A stretch of 64,000 bases of DNA, from positions 12,127 to 76,126 of the forward strand of contig JAYKGY010000021.1 of NCBI GenBank assembly GCA_035285545.1. The letters run 5' to 3'. Source of the DNA: Snowella sp. Lineage in GTDB: Bacteria; Cyanobacteriota; Cyanobacteriia; Cyanobacteriales; Microcystaceae. The position numbers and the translations under genes were made by a program. Under the pieces are notes generated by a model. The model did no database searches and was not told the DNA's origin. It worked only from the letters and a program-made list of their open reading frames with translations. This document shows, piece by piece, positions 22,958 through 32,271 of the stretch (positions are counted from its first letter, which is position 1; each line of letters opens with the position of its first letter).

Positions 22958-24088
22958 ATGATTAATTCAAAAACAGGATTGCCGCCATCCCGTAACGTTG
23001 TCCGTCGTCAGTTGTCGGTGGTGGTGGTTTCAGTGATTGCCCTTAGTTTGGGAAGTTGTTCAACGAATGCTCCCTCAAAAACCTTGGATTCACAAGCACC
23101 ATCCTCGCCTACTCCAACAACGAATCATGAGTTACAAGTAGTGACAACATTTTTGCCCATTACTCAGTTCACCAAAGCTGTGGCGGGCGATCGCGCAGAA
23201 GTAACCCCATTATTGCCCGCTAATGTCAGCCCCCATGAATATCAAGCGAAACCAGAGGATGTTCAAAAATTAGGTAAAGCCGATGTCCTGGTTAAAAATG
23301 GGCTAGAAATGGAGAACTTTCTAGAGGATATTGTTAAAAATGCTGCCAACGATAACCTAAAGGTGATTGATTCCAGTTCGGGGGTGCAGACCATTGCGAC
23401 TGAAGTGATTGAAGGCAAGACTCATGGACATGATCATGACCACAAGCATGACCACGAACATGGCGAAAAGTCTGGCCATAGCCATCAACATGGAAAATAT
23501 AACCCCCATATTTGGCTTGACCCTAAGCGGGCAATTCAGCAGGTGGAAAACATTCGGGATGGGCTTATTTTGGCTGATCCAGCAGGAAAAGACGTTTATA
23601 CCGCTAATGCCACTGCTTACATTCAGAAATTACGGGATTTAGATACAGAAACAACACGGATACTAAAACCCTATGCGGGCAAGACTTTTGTTGCTTTTCA
23701 CGATTTTGCGCCCTACTTTGCCGAAAGCTATAATTTGAAAGCAACGTTCCTGGTTGATGTGCCAGAGGAGAATCCCTCTCCAGATGATGTGAAACGAGTG
23801 ATGGATACAGTGAAAGCAACCAATTTACAAACCCTGTTGACCGAACCTCAGGTGGGACAGGATGGGTTTACATCGTTGGCCAGGGATTTGAATGTGCGAG
23901 TGAGTACGTTTGATCCGCTGGAAACGGGGACCCCGGATGCGCTTCAACCTGATTACTATCTCTCCACAATGCGGAAGAATGTCACAGCCTTGGTGGGGGC
24001 ATTTACTAAACAATCGACCCAATCTTTTTTGCCACTCTGGACACCCCCAATGGCCGTTATTTCCCAATCTGTTGGGGTTAGGTTTTAG
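22958..24088 (+). CDS. znuA: Zinc ABC transporter substrate-binding lipoprotein
   Basis: Lipobox LGSC, SPHEY, His-rich loop, NPHIWLDP, FHDF. Confidence 0.9.
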   Translation: MINSKTGLPPSRNVVRRQLSVVVVSVIALSLGSCSTNAPSKTLDSQAPSSPTPTTNHELQVVTTFLPITQFTKAVAGDRAEVTPLLPANVSPHEYQAKPEDVQKLGKADVLVKNGLEMENFLEDIVKNAANDNLKVIDSSSGVQTIATEVIEGKTHGHDHDHKHDHEHGEKSGHSHQHGKYNPHIWLDPKRAIQQVENIRDGLILADPAGKDVYTANATAYIQKLRDLDTETTRILKPYAGKTFVAFHDFAPYFAESYNLKATFLVDVPEENPSPDDVKRVMDTVKATNLQTLLTEPQVGQDGFTSLARDLNVRVSTFDPLETGTPDALQPDYYLSTMRKNVTALVGAFTKQSTQSFLPLWTPPMAVISQSVGVRF

Positions 24089-24097
24089 GAGGTTGGT

Positions 24098-24862
24098 TTG
24101 TTGGATATTGTGTTAGCGGTGGAACATTTGACGGTTTATCGGGAGACCTATGCAGCGTTACAGAATGTTTCGTTCTCGCTTGCCGCAGGCACGGACACGG
24201 CGATCGTCGGGCCCAATGGTGCGGGGAAAAGTACGCTAGTACAAGCAATCCTTGGCATTTTACCCCGTCAAACAGGAAATGTTTTTATTCTAGGGCAACC
24301 GCTATCTCGCCGAGGCTCTCTTGCGCCTACTATTCGTCAGCAAATAGCCTATCTGCCGCAAAATTTTCTCTTTGATCGCCGTATTCCCATCACGGTTGAA
24401 GAACTGGTGGGATTAGGATGGGGGAAGTTAGGATTTCAACTGCCTTGGTCTAATTATAAAAAGCGGCGTTATGCGGTACGGGAGGCGTTGATACGAGTGG
24501 ATGCTGCCCATCTTCGGCAACACTTGATTAGTGAGCTGTCGGGTGGCGAAATCAAACGGGTCCTGTTGGCCTACTGTCTGGTTCATCCCCGTCGCCTCTT
24601 AATTCTGGATGAAGCTTCGGCAGGTCTGGATATGCGGGGGGAGTCAGAATTTTACCAACTGCTGTACCAACTTAAGCGGGAGCAAGATTGGGCGATTCTG
24701 CAAATTTCCCATGATTTAGATATGGTTCGCCGACACTGCGATCGCGTCTTATGCCTGAACCGCACCTTACTTTGTCAGGGAACACCAGAGGTTGCACTCT
24801 CTCCCGATAATCTCACTTTGGCCTACGGCTCTGAATTTGTTCGCTATCACCATCGTCATTAA
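24098..24862 (+). CDS. znuC: Zinc ABC transporter ATPase
   Basis: GPNGAGKS, LSGGE, ILDE, SHD; His-rich C-terminus. Confidence 0.9.
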   Translation: MLDIVLAVEHLTVYRETYAALQNVSFSLAAGTDTAIVGPNGAGKSTLVQAILGILPRQTGNVFILGQPLSRRGSLAPTIRQQIAYLPQNFLFDRRIPITVEELVGLGWGKLGFQLPWSNYKKRRYAVREALIRVDAAHLRQHLISELSGGEIKRVLLAYCLVHPRRLLILDEASAGLDMRGESEFYQLLYQLKREQDWAILQISHDLDMVRRHCDRVLCLNRTLLCQGTPEVALSPDNLTLAYGSEFVRYHHRH

Positions 24863-24885
24863 TTCCAATTCATCCGACCTCCGTT

Positions 24886-25707
24886 ATGTCAACTGAACTC
24901 ACCCGCATTATTGAACTGTTCCAACTCCCCTTTATGCAACGAGCACTGTTAGGCGGTATCCTTACGGGCTTAATGGGAGGAATGCTGGGAAGTTTTACCA
25001 TCCTACGCCAATTGTCTTTTTTTAGCGATGCCCTCGGCCATTCTGCTCTGCTCGGTATCAGTATTAGCTTACTGTTGGGAATTCATCCCTCCGTTGTGTT
25101 ATTGCCCTTTGCCGTTTGTTTTGCTTTGGGCGTGACCTATCTGTTGGAATGCACTCGGTTATGGACGGATGCGCTACTCAACGTCATTTATTCTTCATCC
25201 TTAGCGATCGCCATCATTACCCTCAGCTTTGTCGGACAGTACAAAGGCGGACTCAATAATCTGCTATTTGGTGACATTCTGGCAGTGCGAGAGCTAGATT
25301 TAATCTTGAGTGCGGTGTTGTTGCTAGGGTGTATCCTTTTTATCGGTTTAACATTGCGAACCCAATTACTACTCACCTTACATGAACCCTTAGCAGTCAC
25401 TCGTGGCGTATCGGTTTCTGCCCATCGTACAGCTTTTATTGTTTTACTGTCTTTGGTTGTCGCCATTTCAATTAAGGCGATCGGAGTATTATTAGTCAGT
25501 GCCTTTGTCGTGATCCCTGCCTGTGCTGCTCGGTTACTCAGTCCCACATTTACGAATTATGTCCTCCTATCCGCAGGGTTAGGCGCATTAAGCGCAGTGC
25601 TAGGCATGGTAGTTTCTGCCGCTTTTAACTTGCCTTCTGGGCCAAGTATCGTGGTAATGCAATTAACTTTTTTTTTGATCGCTATCTTGATCTCCCAAAT
25701 AAAGTGA
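24886..25707 (+). CDS. znuB: Zinc ABC transporter permease
   Basis: FMQRAL, DALGHSAL, LFGDIL, PSGPSIV. Confidence 0.9.
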   Translation: MSTELTRIIELFQLPFMQRALLGGILTGLMGGMLGSFTILRQLSFFSDALGHSALLGISISLLLGIHPSVVLLPFAVCFALGVTYLLECTRLWTDALLNVIYSSSLAIAIITLSFVGQYKGGLNNLLFGDILAVRELDLILSAVLLLGCILFIGLTLRTQLLLTLHEPLAVTRGVSVSAHRTAFIVLLSLVVAISIKAIGVLLVSAFVVIPACAARLLSPTFTNYVLLSAGLGALSAVLGMVVSAAFNLPSGPSIVVMQLTFFLIAILISQIK

Positions 25708-26008
25708 AGCTAAGTTCTTCTGTTGAGTATTCATAGTAAATATCGTTCAAATCTGCCGCAAATCTAGTAAACTAAAAAATCCCAAAAAAGTTAACAAAAA
25801 ATGGCAACCTATTCCCTTAGCTTTCAATCGCCATCTCCTTTTGATCACGTTGATTTCCCTGTTAGATTTAGACCTGACTTCGATTACATCACACCCTAAT
25901 TTTCAGCAGCTTTGTTCCTGTGGTGTTATTTCTGACCAACTTTGTCCGTAGTATTGGTTTAAGAATACAGTAAAATCAATCCGCACGCTTTTATATACTT
26001 TATATTTT

Positions 26009-27247
26009 ATGAAACGTCTTATTTTAATCGGTTCGAGCCTATTGGCAGCGGGTTCCCTCTGGGTGACAGGTTGCAGTCAAAATACGCCAACGGCTTCTAA
26101 TCCGGCGGAGATAACAGCAAGCCCTACAGCAAATAGTAATACTGCGAATCAAAATGGGATTCCTATCGGTATTGCGTTGGCCCAAACCAGTAACGTGGCT
26201 CTTTTAGGGCAGGAAGGAGTTGCAGGCAGTAAAATTGCGGAAAAATATTTTAATGATAAGGGCGGAGTCAACGGCACTCCCATTCAGTTAGTTTTTCAAG
26301 ATACGGGCGGAGACGAAACGGGGGCGATTAATGCGTTTCAAACCCTGATTACTCAAAATAAAGTGGTAGGTATTGTGGGCCCGACCCTTTCCCAACAGGC
26401 TTTTAGTGCCGATCCCGTAGCAGAACGAGCCAAAGTTTCTGTCTTAGCCGCGTCCAATACCGCAAAGGGCATTCCTGAGATTGGGGATTATGTGGCACGG
26501 GTATCGGCTCCTGTTACTATTGTTGCCCCGAACTCCGTTAAAGCGGCTTTGAAAAAAAATCCCAACCTTAAAAAAGTGGCGGTTTTCTATGCCCAAAATG
26601 ATGCCTTTAATAAATCAGAAACAGAAATTTTCCAGAAAACGGTTAAAGATCAAGGTTTAGAATTAGTAACGGTTCAAAAATTTCAAACCACCGATACAGA
26701 TTTTCAGACCCAGGCAACCAGTGCCTTAAACCTCAAGCCCGATTTGATTATTATTTCAGGACTCGCTGCCGATGGCGGAAATTTAGTGCGTCAATTACGA
26801 GAATTGGGTTACAAAGGGGTCATCGTTGGGGGAAATGGCTTAAATAGCTCCAATATTTTTCCTGTCTGTAAGGCGCAATGTAATGGGGTTTTGGTGGCTC
26901 AAGCCTATAGCCCGGAACACCCAAACGCTATTAATGAGGCTTTTCGGAAAGCTTACGTTGAGCAATACAAAAAGGAGCCACCTCAATTTAGTGCCCAAGC
27001 CTTCGCTGCGGTGCAAGTTTATGTAGAAGCCCTAAAAGCGTTGGATAAACAGACTCCGATTAAGGATCTATCCCTTGAGCAGTTACGCACAGGTCTGAAT
27101 CAACAGTTATTGAAAGGAACCTATGATACACCGTTAGGCAATATTTCGTTTTCCCCTGAAGGAGAGGTTAATCAAAAGGATTTTTATGTGGCTGAAATGA
27201 AAGTAGATGCGGATGGGAAAAAGGGAGAATTTGTTTTCTTGAAATAG
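26009..27247 (+). CDS. Branched-chain amino acid ABC substrate-binding lipoprotein (LivJ/K-like)
   Basis: Lipobox VTGC; GGVNGTPIQL, GPTLSQQA, DTDFQTQ. Confidence 0.88.
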   Translation: MKRLILIGSSLLAAGSLWVTGCSQNTPTASNPAEITASPTANSNTANQNGIPIGIALAQTSNVALLGQEGVAGSKIAEKYFNDKGGVNGTPIQLVFQDTGGDETGAINAFQTLITQNKVVGIVGPTLSQQAFSADPVAERAKVSVLAASNTAKGIPEIGDYVARVSAPVTIVAPNSVKAALKKNPNLKKVAVFYAQNDAFNKSETEIFQKTVKDQGLELVTVQKFQTTDTDFQTQATSALNLKPDLIIISGLAADGGNLVRQLRELGYKGVIVGGNGLNSSNIFPVCKAQCNGVLVAQAYSPEHPNAINEAFRKAYVEQYKKEPPQFSAQAFAAVQVYVEALKALDKQTPIKDLSLEQLRTGLNQQLLKGTYDTPLGNISFSPEGEVNQKDFYVAEMKVDADGKKGEFVFLK

Positions 27248-27266
27248 ATTTGAAATCGGCATGATT

Positions 27267-27290
27267 GGGCGTATTCGATGCGCCCCTACA
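27267..27290 (-). repeat. GTAG-type REP-like palindrome between convergent genes
   Basis: GGGCGTAT-TCG-ATGCGCCC stem followed by CTAC (GTAG on the minus strand). Confidence 0.6.
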
Positions 27291-27301
27291 AAAATTTTGG
27301 A

Positions 27302-28216
27302 TTAACTTTTTTCAGCAGTATTTTTATTGTTTAAAGCCTGTTTGATTAAATTCGACAGTTCCCAAGGTTTTTGAGTAACAGGAATATTGGCTTTTTCAAA
27401 GGCCATAATCGTTTTTTGTACGCTATTAATGGCAGGAACAGCATAGGATAATTGATTAGCAATAATAGTGCTAGAGTCCCCAAAATGTTTGTCGAGGGTG
27501 GCATAACGCCCTGTTAAATAGCCAATAACGGGTTTTTCGATGGCCGAAGCCACATAATCGGCGGCCCGCATCTCTCCGTTGCTGTTGGGTTGGCCTAATA
27601 AGACAATGACTTCGGTTTGCTCATCTTCTTCCATAATTTGCAACCATTGCTCGAAATTAGAGCCAATTAAGCCATCGGTTCCTAAACTGACTACGAGGGA
27701 TTGGCCTAAGTCTGCTTCGGAGAGTTCACGGGCGATATCATCGGTGAGTGCGTCGCAATGGCTAATAATGCCGACTTGCCCCGATTGATAGCTACTGACA
27801 TCTAAGGTGCCAACGCTTAATTGATTGGGGATTAATAGCCCCTGACTGCCTGATCCTAGAATAAAGGTATGGGTATCTTCTGCTTTGCGTAACAGATATA
27901 CCATATCTAAGGGAGGAACCCCTCCAGAAACGATAATGAGTTGACGAATTCCGGCCGCGATCGCTTCGAGGGCTGCATCTAAGACTTCATAGGCAGGATT
28001 TAAAATCACGGTCATATCAATGGTTCCTGCGGTTGCGACCACTTCTTCTACCAGATCAAAAATGGGAATATCGCCCACCATTTGGCCCCCGTAGCCCGTA
28101 CTCACTCCCCCTACTAGTTGGGTTCCGTAGGCTTGCATCTGGGTTGCGTAATAGGTGCCCAGGGGATGATGATTGATGCCTTGTACGAGAATTTTGCTAT
28201 CGGGTTGCCATTTCAT
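27302..28216 (-). CDS. sucD: Succinyl-CoA ligase alpha-subunit homolog (catalytically degenerate)
   Basis: CoA-binding KILVQG...YGTQLVGGV; paired with sucC; the GHAGA phospho-His motif reads GDSST. Confidence 0.85.
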   Translation of the reverse strand: MKWQPDSKILVQGINHHPLGTYYATQMQAYGTQLVGGVSTGYGGQMVGDIPIFDLVEEVVATAGTIDMTVILNPAYEVLDAALEAIAAGIRQLIIVSGGVPPLDMVYLLRKAEDTHTFILGSGSQGLLIPNQLSVGTLDVSSYQSGQVGIISHCDALTDDIARELSEADLGQSLVVSLGTDGLIGSNFEQWLQIMEEDEQTEVIVLLGQPNSNGEMRAADYVASAIEKPVIGYLTGRYATLDKHFGDSSTIIANQLSYAVPAINSVQKTIMAFEKANIPVTQKPWELSNLIKQALNNKNTAEKS

Positions 28217-28281
28217 AGAGTCTTACCAGAGGGGATGGAAGGGGAGAGAAGGGAATGGACTGAAAAATATTAAGGAAATTT

Positions 28282-29487
28282 CTACGTAGTTGTTTCCGTC
28301 AAAGATAGGGTGTCGGCGATCGCCTGCTCTAAGGAAGAACTCCAATAAATCGGTAAGGCAGCGACTTGATTTTGAAATTCATTGAGATCCCCGTTAACGA
28401 GTCGAATCACCAAAGGAACCCATTCAGCGGAAATACGCTCTTTGGTCAACAGGCGTTCTCTGCCGAGGACATTGGAACGGGTGGCTCTGGGGAGGCGGTC
28501 ATCATTGGTTGGCAAGGAAACAGGGGGCGAGGAACGAGAGATAAATTCGGCGATCGCTTCTGAGAGAGAGGGCGTTGCGACAATATTGACAAAAATGACT
28601 TTAAGTTGGGGGAGTTGTCGAAATTTTTCTAGGGCAATTGCTAACTGATCGGTTAAGGATAACTGGGGATGGGTATCTTCTAAAATAAATGCCCCTGCGA
28701 GACTGCCGTTCTGTTCTCCCATCAAATCCCAACTGGTCAACGTGGAGCCGTAACTATTACAGATCAAGCCAATTTGCCCCCATTGGATATCCCCTTTGAG
28801 CCAACGTAGGGGGGCAGCAAAATCCTGCGGATGATCCATTAAGGCAATCAAATCGGGGTGACGGGCGATCGCGGCATCATTGGCCGTAATTTTGCCATCG
28901 AGAGCCATGACTTCTCCCGTATTTTTGACCCCCAAGGGATTAATTTCAACTAAATCTAAATCTTTACTGAGAAAGAGATGGTACATTTTTTCCAAAATAT
29001 CACTGACAGCCGCAATTAATTCCCCTTTTAAGCCCATTTTGATTGCTAAACGTCGCGCATGAAAGGGCGAAAAATCTTCTACTAAAACGACCGTCTGCAT
29101 ATATTGCAACAGCGTATCCACATCCATCCCCCCTTTACTCGATCCCAACAGCACGGGGCATTGCAGTTGATAATCTAAAACGATCGCCAAAAAAATTTCT
29201 GACTGACTATCGTAGTGGGCCTCAGCTAGGATCACTTCAGGGTATTCATCCAAAATTCGGAGATTAAAAATGGCAGAAGCCGCCGCGATCGCGTCAATTG
29301 TATTTTCCACAAATTTAATGCCGCCAGCTTTCCCTCGTCCCCCCGCCCGTACCTGGGACTTCAACACCACGGGATAGGGAATGTGAAGCCGTTTGAGTTC
29401 GCTAATCTCGTGAATCGTCTGGGACGGCAAGACAGGAATTCCAACCTTTTGAAAAAGGGCTTTGGCTTGATATTCTAGTAAATCCAT
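28282..29487 (-). CDS. sucC: Succinyl-CoA ligase beta-subunit homolog
   Basis: MDLLEYQAK (ATG 29487), KSQVRAGGRGKAGG, EINPL; divergent C-terminal ligase domain. Confidence 0.88.
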   Translation of the reverse strand: MDLLEYQAKALFQKVGIPVLPSQTIHEISELKRLHIPYPVVLKSQVRAGGRGKAGGIKFVENTIDAIAAASAIFNLRILDEYPEVILAEAHYDSQSEIFLAIVLDYQLQCPVLLGSSKGGMDVDTLLQYMQTVVLVEDFSPFHARRLAIKMGLKGELIAAVSDILEKMYHLFLSKDLDLVEINPLGVKNTGEVMALDGKITANDAAIARHPDLIALMDHPQDFAAPLRWLKGDIQWGQIGLICNSYGSTLTSWDLMGEQNGSLAGAFILEDTHPQLSLTDQLAIALEKFRQLPQLKVIFVNIVATPSLSEAIAEFISRSSPPVSLPTNDDRLPRATRSNVLGRERLLTKERISAEWVPLVIRLVNGDLNEFQNQVAALPIYWSSSLEQAIADTLSLTETTT

Positions 29488-29683
29488 GATTAAGTTGTGA
29501 GTGCTGAGTGTCTTGGTAAACAAGGGAAAACAAGTTTTAATCCCTTCCCATTTTTGGGAATTGCTCTTAATCTTGATCAAGAGATAAAAGCTTCATCGTG
29601 ATTGATCCCCGATTCGGGATCGGATCATTCTACTGGCTCTCGCTATCAATCTTTAGTTTACAGTTAGTCTCCCTCAATCTGGA

Positions 29684-31408
29684 ATGAATGTTATGGAGGA
29701 AACACGTCCGAATGAGATCGATCTGACGCTTTTAGAAAAACAGTTATATCAATGCTTGCATAAAGACGCGATCGCCGTTCATCCCTTACACGTAACTTGC
29801 AAAATTGATGAAGAGACCCTAATCATTACCCTCCAGGTGGCAACCCATCCTTCTCTAGAAACCCCTGCGACCCTTTCCTGTATTCGCGATTTTTTAGACT
29901 ATCACGTTCTTTCCAGTCTCTATCCCGCCAAAATTTATTTAACGCTACATTCCCATTCCGCCGAATTTTCAACGGATGATCCTGAATCTAATACCCGTTT
30001 TCTGGGTAGTGTTCCCTTCAAGTCCACGACTAACGCTTTAAAGCAACGCCCAACCGCTTCATCGTCGCTATTTGCTACTAAAACCTATCGTCCTTCTCCC
30101 CGTTTTCCCTTTTCGCAAGTTTCGGAGAAAAAAAACATCCAACGTTTATTCGGCATAGGTTTAGGCTTGGGAGTTTTAATGATAGGTTTTATGGTGCTGA
30201 ATGATCCCTGTGGGATTGGCAGTTGCCCGAATTTAGCCAAGGCAGAATCGATTGCCCAAAATTCCTTAATCAATTTACAAGTCAATTCTCCGACGAGTGT
30301 ATTGACGACAAAGCAACAGTTAGATGAAGCCATCCAACTCTTAGAATCTGTTCCCTGGTGGTCTCGTTTCTACGCAGATGCCAGTCGTTTAGCCACCGAT
30401 TATCAATCCCTTACCAAGGCATTAACGATATTGAGTCAGGTTGCTAATCAGGCCGAACAAGTGAATCAGTTAATCCAAAAAGCCCCCTTACCCGTATCGG
30501 AATGGAAGACGGCTCAATCCTTGATTCAAGGAAATTTGGATCTTCTGAAGCAATTTCCCCCCCAGAGTCCCTTTGCAAATTGGGCGATCGCTCAGCAACG
30601 GGAATACGAAAAATGGTTGTCGAGTATCAATCAGCGTTTATTGCAAGAACAAACGGCTAACAATAGTTACGACCAGGCAATGGAAACGGTTCGGCTAGCC
30701 AAAGCACAGCAGATGACGGCCCAATCTTTGGGAGACTATGGCGCGATCGCGAACACCTGGAAAAAAGCCCTTCAACAATTGCAAACGGTCAGTGAAGGGA
30801 CAACCCCCTACGCAAAAGCAACAAAATCCTTAGAAGTCTATCGCCAAGAATTTAAAAATATTGCCTTGCTTCAAACCCAAGAAGAAGCTGCCCAAATCAG
30901 CTATCAACAAGCCATCCAAGAAGGCAAACTGGCAGAAAAAGCCGCAGCCACTAAACAATGGTCTAGCACGGTTAGGCATTGGAATAATGCCCTGACGAAT
31001 CTCAAACAAATTCCGCAAAATACCTTGCAAGCCGTCAAAGCAAAACCCTTAGTCACGAAATACACCTTATTTTTAAAAGAAGCACAAGAAAACTTTGCCC
31101 TTGCCAATCGATTGCAAACAATCAAACGAGATTTAACCAAGATCTGCTCTCAACAGGATAAAGCCTGTGATTATTCCGTAAGCAATCAGGGCATTAAGGT
31201 TCGGCTCACCTCCGCCTATCTGCAAAAAATTTGGAATCTTTCGATCCAAGCGAAACTGCAATCCAATACTCAAAATCAAGCTGGCATCCTCAATCATATT
31301 TCCCGTTTAGAGCAAAGTTTTCAAATTATCAGCAATCAAGCGGGTTTACCGTTGCAGGTTTATAATGCTCAAGGGAATTTGATGACGACCTACAATCCGC
31401 TGCGTTAG
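29684..31408 (+). CDS. Conserved hypothetical single-TM protein with large helical/TPR-like extracytoplasmic domain
   Basis: TM LFGIGLGLGVLMIGFMVL then PCGIGSCP; repeated WxxA..L..(I/V)P helical units. Confidence 0.7.
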   Translation: MNVMEETRPNEIDLTLLEKQLYQCLHKDAIAVHPLHVTCKIDEETLIITLQVATHPSLETPATLSCIRDFLDYHVLSSLYPAKIYLTLHSHSAEFSTDDPESNTRFLGSVPFKSTTNALKQRPTASSSLFATKTYRPSPRFPFSQVSEKKNIQRLFGIGLGLGVLMIGFMVLNDPCGIGSCPNLAKAESIAQNSLINLQVNSPTSVLTTKQQLDEAIQLLESVPWWSRFYADASRLATDYQSLTKALTILSQVANQAEQVNQLIQKAPLPVSEWKTAQSLIQGNLDLLKQFPPQSPFANWAIAQQREYEKWLSSINQRLLQEQTANNSYDQAMETVRLAKAQQMTAQSLGDYGAIANTWKKALQQLQTVSEGTTPYAKATKSLEVYRQEFKNIALLQTQEEAAQISYQQAIQEGKLAEKAAATKQWSSTVRHWNNALTNLKQIPQNTLQAVKAKPLVTKYTLFLKEAQENFALANRLQTIKRDLTKICSQQDKACDYSVSNQGIKVRLTSAYLQKIWNLSIQAKLQSNTQNQAGILNHISRLEQSFQIISNQAGLPLQVYNAQGNLMTTYNPLR

Positions 31409-31516
31409 GTTCGCTTTCCCTGAAAGAGCCATGCAAAAAAGCAAAATACTCAAGATACAATAGAGGACGACGGAAGTTGTCAAGTCCTGTTGGGCATTTC
31501 CTCTTAAATTTCAGTC

Positions 31517-32173
31517 ATGACGAATCTTGTCTCCCCTCCCGACATTTATCAAGGCCAATTTGGAACCTTTACGATTACCGAACGCGATCGCCGAGAAGTG
31601 ATTTTCTATCGGGCAGGGTTGGGGTTAGCCGGATTAACCTTCGCGATCGGTAGTGGCTTAATTCTCTGGCAAGGGACAAATCTTGACATATTATCGGCTT
31701 TAACCCTATTATTTGCCCTTTTTTCCCTCGGTTTAGGCATCAGTTTAGCGTTGATTCATATTTATCTCGTCCTACTGCATCGAGTCCTCCAAGCCTTTTG
31801 GGTCATCGGAACCCTGTCTTCAGTGATTTTGGCGATCTACAGTCCTGAACCCTTTGCCCTATTTGTGTATCAGCACCCCCTTTCCCTCTTCGGTGTGGGT
31901 TTTACCTTTGCGGCATTAACCGGCATTTATTTCAAAGAAGCCTTTTGCTTTAATCGCTTTGAAACTAAGCTGTTAACCCCTTTAGTCCCACTCCTACTGT
32001 TAGGGCATTTATTTTCCATTCTTCCCGCTAGCGTAGAGCAGGGCTTATTAGCCGTTTGGGCAATACTTTTTTTAATCTTTATTGGACGTAAAGCAACTCA
32101 AGAAATTCCGCCTGATATTGGCGACAAATCCGTTTTTACCTATCTCAAGCAACAAAAAGTGAGTAATCCTTAA
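31517..32173 (+). CDS. DUF2301-family membrane protein
   Basis: YQGQFGTFTI, IHIY, FKEAFCF, DIGDKSVF. Confidence 0.85.
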   Translation: MTNLVSPPDIYQGQFGTFTITERDRREVIFYRAGLGLAGLTFAIGSGLILWQGTNLDILSALTLLFALFSLGLGISLALIHIYLVLLHRVLQAFWVIGTLSSVILAIYSPEPFALFVYQHPLSLFGVGFTFAALTGIYFKEAFCFNRFETKLLTPLVPLLLLGHLFSILPASVEQGLLAVWAILFLIFIGRKATQEIPPDIGDKSVFTYLKQQKVSNP

Positions 32174-32177
32174 TTCG

Positions 32178-32195
32178 GTTACATTCCGTTAAAAT
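32178..32195 (+). promoter_or_regulatory. HLR1-like (RpaB) direct repeat
   Basis: GTTACATT-CC-GTTAAAAT, 1 mismatch to (G/T)TTACA(T/A)(T/A)-N2-repeat. Confidence 0.5.
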
Positions 32196-32209
32196 GTCAC
32201 TTCAGCTAC
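32196..32209. promoter_or_regulatory. NtcA-like site
   Basis: tGTC-ACTTCAGC-TACa; GT-N10-AC core, 1 mismatch to GTA-N8-TAC. Confidence 0.45.
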
Positions 32210-32271
32210 AAACCCTAACCTCCTTTCAGTTGATCTTGGTACTAGACAGCGCAATTTGAGGAGGGCTGAGC

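Noticed and set aside
25741..25770. ATCGTTCA resembling the start of a glutamine (glnA) riboswitch upstream of an amino-acid binding protein
   Set aside because: The downstream CGGAAG and GAAGGAACG elements are missing
31462..31490. GACGAC-GGAA-GTTGTC hairpin containing GACGGAAGT
   Set aside because: Lacks the rest of the glnA riboswitch; probably an ordinary 5'UTR hairpin after TACAAT
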